DNA of 64,000 bases, from contig CM074512.1 in the NCBI GenBank assembly GCA_037379345.1, forward strand, positions 63,323,597 to 63,387,596, written 5' to 3'. The DNA comes from Perna viridis (Eukaryota). Positions 32,813-64,000 of this stretch are shown here, one piece after another; position 1 is the stretch's first letter, and the number at the start of each line of letters is the position of its first letter. Position numbers and translations under genes: made by a program. The notes under the pieces are model-generated. The model made no database searches. It was not told the DNA's origin and worked only from the letters and a program-made list of their open reading frames with translations.

Positions 32813-35800
32813 TTCGGGTGCAGTCTTTCGGAACAGCACTAGAATGTTGAAACAGGACCAACTCACTAACAAAATATGATACATTTGAAGGTGACTGTCC
32901 AGTTTTTACATCGATATTAAAAAAAATAAATAAATAACCCTCAGAAATGTTAGATTGAAGATAAGGAAAATAGATTCATCGTCTCTTACATCTATCACAT
33001 GTTAATTGCATTATTTTTCCATCGGTTATGCATTGTGCACAAGTGTCGCTGCAATTTTGTTTGCGTCTGCCTTTGGACCAAAGTTTCCCGAGGGTATCCA
33101 TCAACCCAGTAGTCAGACTTGTCTAACCCTGAATTATATCAGATTTTATTTATCAAATTTATAAAAAATTGCAGTATTACATATTTCAAAATACCTAAAA
33201 CACTGAGGCTTCATTCCATATATCGCACATGGTAAAACCACTTGAAGATGCATCGACAGTTTTAGTTTAGTTTGAGTACTTTTATACAATTCTTAAATGT
33301 TTTGAATTTAAATCTTCCTATATATCCGATTCTTATGCTGCTGACGAAAGGTTACTCCTTTAAAAACACGTGTACAGCATTTAGAAATTTGCAAACTATA
33401 ATTATGATTGGTATTTTTGTTCTTACAAAAGCAGTAGCGAAGCGTCAACATCCTATAACCATTATATCGACCAACCAGATATTCCCTTTGGAATAAGACA
33501 TGTTAATGACACCAAAAGTTTGAATTTGTTGAATGTTTTTGTTCTTGCTTTCAAGCATACAGTACTGTGGTCCTTTTCACAAAATATCGTAAGTGTAAAA
33601 TTAGTCGTAAGTTATGACGTCATAGTAAATAAAAGTATTGTAACGTCATAACTTACGACTAATTTTACTCTTACGATTTTTTTGTGAAAAGGGACACAGA
33701 TCTGGACGTAGACTTTAATCAGCAATTGTACTCTTTGCTTGCACGTGTATGTTTTGTATTTAATATTTCTACGTGTTAATTCTGGTTAAAGCCATCAACC
33801 ACTCAACCACTAGAAAACATATAAACGAAATGAAAAAGATTAAGATTAATCTGTCAAGAATTTAAAACAAGTACTGTCTTTAAGAATAAAGATAGTCAAC
33901 GCAGTGAAATTTTTCTCTTTACTTATAATTTTCTGCATTTCATTCAGGAAATAACATATGACACGCAATTTCGATTTTCGATATAGTTTTTTTTTCGAAC
34001 GCAACTGAGTTATCTGTATTTGACACATCGGGAAATAGAATTGCGATCAGGTGACTCGCGTTTCCATGGAATAGTGGCTGTAAGTATACCGTCTGCATCA
34101 GAAAAAAATGGGAACTCAATACGGTAACGAGTTTATTGAAAATTTTAATTTCACATTAATGTACATGTATACATTAAACAAACAAACAAACAATTAATAT
34201 GTTAACATTATTTAACACGTATATAACTGACATTGCATATCACAGAAAAATAACAACTGTATTTATTTCATCAATTGTTGTAGATTTTATGAATTTGCAG
34301 TTCAACAAGACTAATGAATTCCTTGGGCGAACTCATTACTTCTTCATACAATGCGGCAGCATGTTCTATCATCAAAATTCTTCACGAATGACGTCATTGT
34401 GAAACAGCATAAGAACGGAACATATTATTCATTAACACGCCTAAGTGCATTAAGTTGTAAATGAAAAATCTATGCAAACTAAACACTGAACAGTTAAAAC
34501 AAATTATGCTCTGCCTGTTCCCATAAACATCTCTTTACTTTTCGAAAGGGAATTATCCGAATACTTGGAAAATATGATTTTACAGTTAAAGGATGCATGA
34601 ATAAAGAACACTGGCAAATGTCGTCTTAATAAATATCTTATACCATATATCATTTAAGTACTTCTCCGTCTAAGAATCAGGCAAAATGTGTATAAGGTGT
34701 TGGACATGAAATAAAAAACAGAGATTTTATGGCATTAACCAAGTATTTATACCAGATAACCTCCGGAAATAACCATCGAAGTGTTTGTAAAGTTTCCCTT
34801 TTTAAGATATTGATAGGTCAAATTCAGATAAAATGCACTATGAAAAAATGCCGGGAAAAATTTTCCGCACTTTTTCCTTATAGAAAAAATATCTACATCA
34901 CAGATGCTTCAAGATAAATTAAAATAGCTTTTCAGTTGTTTTCTAGATGTACTGAATATGTTTATGGCAAAAAAGACCAAATTGAGAAATATAATGTGCC
35001 ATCCATTGTCAGATTCTTACACAAAATGGTACTAAAATAGATGTCTTGAGCTTTTTAACAGCAAATGTAAACAGCTGCACCACAACTCGTGATTCGACCG
35101 TTTTTTTTTTGTCATTTAAAAAAGCAATGAGCCGACAGTAACACAATGAATCCAAGAGAGCTTTTGTCTTCAAAGGTATCAAAGATTATACAAAATAATC
35201 ATTACAATCTCTAAACTTTCATTTGAGTCATCATACGGCATGAGGATAGACGAACGGACATCAGTTTACCATTACACATCTGTCAAATACATCAACAATT
35301 GCCGTCAAAAATGAAAGAAAGTAACAATGTTTATAATAATCGACCGATAAGGTTTAGATATTGAATATAGAAAACAGATGAAAAAGATGATAACTTAAAA
35401 CTAATCGCTAGCAAAGGGCTAAATGATAGTTTAATTGTATAAATAGCAGTCGATGAATGGATTGGTACAAAATTTTTGCTGCTAAGGATAGTGTGGGAAG
35501 AACGCTTTTACTCAGCAAATAAACATTAGATTTCCCAAATCATGCTTCTGTCAAAATTGTGTATATATTGTACATATACTTTACTGTGTATTGAAATTTG
35601 CATCTCTGTTTGTTGTTGTTATCGTTTTTCTTCTCTGTACCAATGATCATTGGATTTATGAGAAACAAGGATATACACTCAGACGTTACGGATTGACAAA
35701 TCATCAATCAGCAAATTGTTAATTAATCACCATTTGCTTTTTTTCACAATTAATCCAACTTTCATTTGACCACTCTACCAATTTTATAACTAGTGATTTG

Positions 35801-36061
35801 AATCAACTACTCTAATTACCCCTAAAACGAATCACAGGTCAGTGCAAAATGTCAAAGTTTACCAAAACAAAAAACAAAACAAAAAATAAAAAAAAATCGA
35901 TAAATTGGATTATAAATTCTAAAAAGGTTTATATGTGGATTTACGTTAACGACACGGCCACTTAGAAAATTTAAGTGTACAAGTATTTAAAAAGAAACTA
36001 ACCCAATCAGAAATGAGCTTAAAAGGTTTTCAAAATTAAACAAAAAATGATTCTATTGCAA

Positions 36062-60011
<23,950 letters not shown>

Positions 60012-63000
60012 CTGAAAAATAATTACAGCCGATTTTATAACTTTTTTGATTTCGTCAGTTACGACGTTTAGTGAGGTAGAAAACTATTTCTGTACATGGA
60101 TCATTACGACTAAAATCCTAAAATTCTCAAGGCTATAATTTAACGAGAATACAAAATACTGTACATGTAGGCCAATGGTCGTGTTTTATATTTTTTATGG
60201 AAACCGTATAAACAGCATTCATATTATGTAAATGTATTCGACGCGTATTACAAACGTTCTAAACAGTGATCCCTGGTAATTTTAAAGTTTAAGTGTTCGC
60301 TGATTGGGTACTCATAATCTCGTTATGCTATTCACGACAATGGCGACAATGGAAACACAAATGTCTGTGAAATTATAAAAAAAAATAGAAAAATAAAATA
60401 TTAAACGACGGGATTAAAACACATCCGGGAACTCAAAAAGACGACCTATTTAGAATAGTTAAGTTACAAATGAATCTGCGTACTTGATACAAATACATTG
60501 TAACAGACAAACAAGCAGGAGTAAGTCCATACCATTACAACCGGTGTTGAATCACGTGGGTTTAACTAACGTGGGTTTGCTTCGGATATGTATTGTGAGC
60601 ATAGTTTACATTGAAATTCAGAATTCAAATCACACATTCGGCACGTTTATAATTGATGTTTTACTCAAAATAACCCTGTAATCAAGTATAAAGAGAGGAA
60701 GTATGGTGTATATGTTAAAAAGAGAAAACCCCATCGGGAAGAAAATGTCAGCCGAAAGACACCCATTAGTTTTAAATGAACGAAGAGGAATCCGTCATAC
60801 CACAGGGCAGACTGAAACTGACCTTAAACGTCTTTATACACATGTACAGTGAAATAGTTGCCATTATATGTATGTACTCAAGTAACATAAAAAAGATAAA
60901 CTAAAGGTGTAAACGAAACAAGACATAGAGAGGCCATACATTCCTCACTCGGGACAGGCACAAAAATGTGGCAGGGTTAAAGTACTTTCGTGTGATCACA
61001 ACCCATCCCCCTTTAAAATCTGACCACTTTGGGAAAATGTTACAACACAATCACGGATCCGATGTGGAATATTCAGGAGTTTGACATCTGAAACGCTATT
61101 TGTTTAAAAATTTTTGTTAAATTGACAGAAAATGACAAATAATGGCCTCGAACCAGCATTTCAAAATCTCTGGATTGTGAACATGTAATATATTACATAC
61201 ATGTATTAGGTATCAAAAGTTCATGATACATTAGGATAGGCTGTTAAATTTAGTTTATACCGGTTGTTTACCGTTCTTTAGTTAACGTTATGATTGCAAC
61301 ACTTTGGTCATTTACTCTTCAGATAAAAAAAGAAGAAAAACTGAAGTGAAGTTATTCATTCGTAAAATTAATTTCCTTAATACATTTATCTTAATGCATT
61401 TCTGAGATTAAGGGCTCCATTTTTGCCGACCTGTGATTAAGTATTTTCTTGCGTGATTTTTTGGTCGATGCGTTTACTTTTTGTAGGTTTTGGGAAACAA
61501 AATAGTTCTTGTTGTGAATCAGTCAGAATGATTTCATGGGCACCCGAGGTTTATCTGAAATAATATTCCTAAATTCTCATTACAACACCATAGAGAAAAA
61601 AAAACTTGAAAACGGGTATGATATCAAAGAAATAAAAATGCCACTAAACAGAATATATATATATACTTAAAAAAGGACACCAAAATTCCAAAAGCCAAAT
61701 GAGCAGTATATACCATGTACATATCAAAAGACTTAAATTCAAAATCATACACATCCAAAAAGGATATAATGCTTCCTGTCTTGACACAGTCGCAAAAGAG
61801 ACTTGTACGTACATGTATGTGCATCAAACAACTACATGTATTTGTAGTAATATTTAATTGTCCCTTGTTTTATATATTTGCTTTTAGACGTCTTTCCTAC
61901 TGATATTAATCTCATCAATTTCATGTGCCTTTTTATTTGCATATGCTTTTACAAGTCAAATATTGTAATAATTAGGCAGTCAGTTCAAAGGTTTTTTTTT
62001 ACAATTACCTTACGAGATGTTTCAGACCATTATTCCAAATGCAGGAACACTACACTAAGGATGCTTCAAAATATGTTCCACTAGTTTCATGCATTATTCA
62101 AAGAAATTTTGACTCCTGTTTCAACAGTTTGATTAGTTTAAACATGATTGTACTCCACTAAGCAAGTGGATGATAATTTGAAAAAGTACATGTATGATTT
62201 TCCGTCCGAATTTCGGCGCAATTACCACGACTCACAATGGATAGATTGATTAAAAGTTTGGTATGTAGCTTAATAATAAAGCGTATATGTTGTAAGCGAT
62301 CCTGGTAGCTTTCAAACATCAATCTCCTGTATAAGTGGGGATATTCTTAGCACGGCAATATATATTAAAAATACAACTTTTTTCCAATCGGCGTTTTAAG
62401 TAGCTGTCTTTGTAAGAATCATGCAAAATCGGAAAAATATGATACACCCCAAAAAAGGCTACATGTTTTTTTTTTGTAATTAGGTTGTTTTATGGGTCTA
62501 TACTATGAAATGTGTAATTATTCACTCAAATCTGCCTGCTCTTAGGAGATAATTAACATTGAAAATCCAGAACATTCTATTGTATTTGAGCTCCATTTAC
62601 AGAGTTATCTCCCTTAATTTTGAAATCTACAGTGTATTCTATATAATTTTTATCTCCTAAGAGCACGGGTTATATGAAAAACTACATGTTAATTTCTGTT
62701 TACTATGACATTTCAAACAAAATATCAAAAATAAAAATATTTAGGCTTTTTACCCATGAATCACATTTTGCATGATCCTTAGCTGGAGTGCTACTTAAGT
62801 ACTAAAAACATTTTGGTCTAAATAACATGGAATTTCATAGTATCTAGCAACGATTATTCATAAAATTGAGGAAAACACTTACTTTATTAACTTATATATA
62901 AACAAAGTAAGTGAAGGGGTGTTTTGCGTGAGAAAATGTATTACAGGAAATCACGTTGATGGGCGTCTCCCCAACGTGCTTTGTCAATAAGGATGGTTAC

Positions 63001-64000
63001 ATGTACTTGATTGAATAAACAGTGGACGTAAAAATCATTTTCAGAAAAACAAAAAGACGATTAAAAAGAAACCCAAAATAGTATGTTTTATTAAAGAAGT
63101 ATTAAACTGATTGATTAAAATCGTATCATATGGCATGTTTTTATTCGAGAGTCGAGTCCTTGTGCGATGTGTTTGTAAGTGCTAAATAGATTTTTTTTGT
63201 AGTTTGCATTTAACAGAGGGAGGGAGCGCTGGTTTTCTTCTAGGTCCAACCGAGACATCAAAATATTTAACTTCCATTTTTCATATGATGATGATAACGT
63301 GGCCTTCATGATTAAAAGTAAGTGCTATGCAATTTATCATTACGTGTCAGCTATTAAGATTATGAAGAAATTATTAAAAAAAAATGGTTATTGCAACTTT
63401 CAAAGAATAACATAATTAGCCAGGTTTAGATTGAATGCATCATCATCCCAGACGATTAATGTTGCGCGAAACTGAACCTTATTCCATGCTATTAGTCTGA
63501 CCGATTTATTATCTGAACATTGGCTTGTTAAATCAGATTTATAGCTTTTACTTTTGTTCTTAAATAATTTAGACGAGTTTTGGAATACGTTTGAGAAAAC
63601 AGAAAAGAAAATAACGACTACAATAGACAATTGAAAACTTTGCCTTGTTGTCTGCGGCCAGTACAATACAATCTTAATTAACTCTCATTAGATTCTGATA
63701 CCACAGACCTTAAACTGTACATTAGCAAAATATGTATGAAATAACTTTATTTTAATATAGAATTGGTTTTTTAGTAGGTCTAAATATTATCGTTTTTACA
63801 TTGAGTATTTTTATGTGCAATTGTATCTATCAGAATAACCACGACTCACTACCTATCATTTTATAAATAATGTAACACTTTTATTTTAGAAAGTCATATA
63901 ATGTATTTAACATATTTTTAATGTAAAGCGCCTACAGTATAATTTTATTGGCGCTTTATAAAAGTTGTAGATAATAATACTCGTGTATCTCATAAGAATA

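Noticed and set aside
60100-64000. Transmembrane or extracellular exons of the guanylyl cyclase (e.g. ORFs 61624-61827, 63400-63666)
   Set aside because: No candidate combined a convincing TM helix with correct splice sites and phase; these exons probably lie outside the window.

Overview
AT-rich animal genomic DNA, probably a bivalve or other mollusc (inferred from repeat families and intron-rich gene structure). The main feature is a GC-rich island at ~7766-17482 (roughly 55-60% GC by eye, against roughly one-third in the flanks). It is an endogenous, left-truncated and decayed Polinton/Maverick (adintovirus-type) dsDNA virus. It carries pPolB, an A32/FtsK-type packaging ATPase, major and minor capsid proteins, putative core and membrane-active virion proteins, and protease and integrase remnants, and it ends in the ACTACT terminus. 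Unusual points: (i) a family-A-like (TVpol-type) polymerase fragment is joined in frame to pPolB; (ii) apparent large deletions remove the enzymatic cores and leave three in-frame chimeric ORFs, while the structural module stays essentially full length; (iii) a TA(T/G)ATAAATG motif abuts almost every start codon; (iv) repeated hairpin motifs follow stop codons. Next come a decayed CR1/L2-group LINE (~17710-24572) interrupted by a TSD-flanked SINE-like element (second copy at 28145-28654), a Penelope-like RT remnant and several MITE families. A minus-strand receptor guanylyl cyclase gene (retinal-GC-like) has 15 phase-consistent exons visible at 36062-60011; its transmembrane and extracellular exons were not found. 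There is one N-gap at 47750-47885. All family assignments come from recalled motifs, not database searches.
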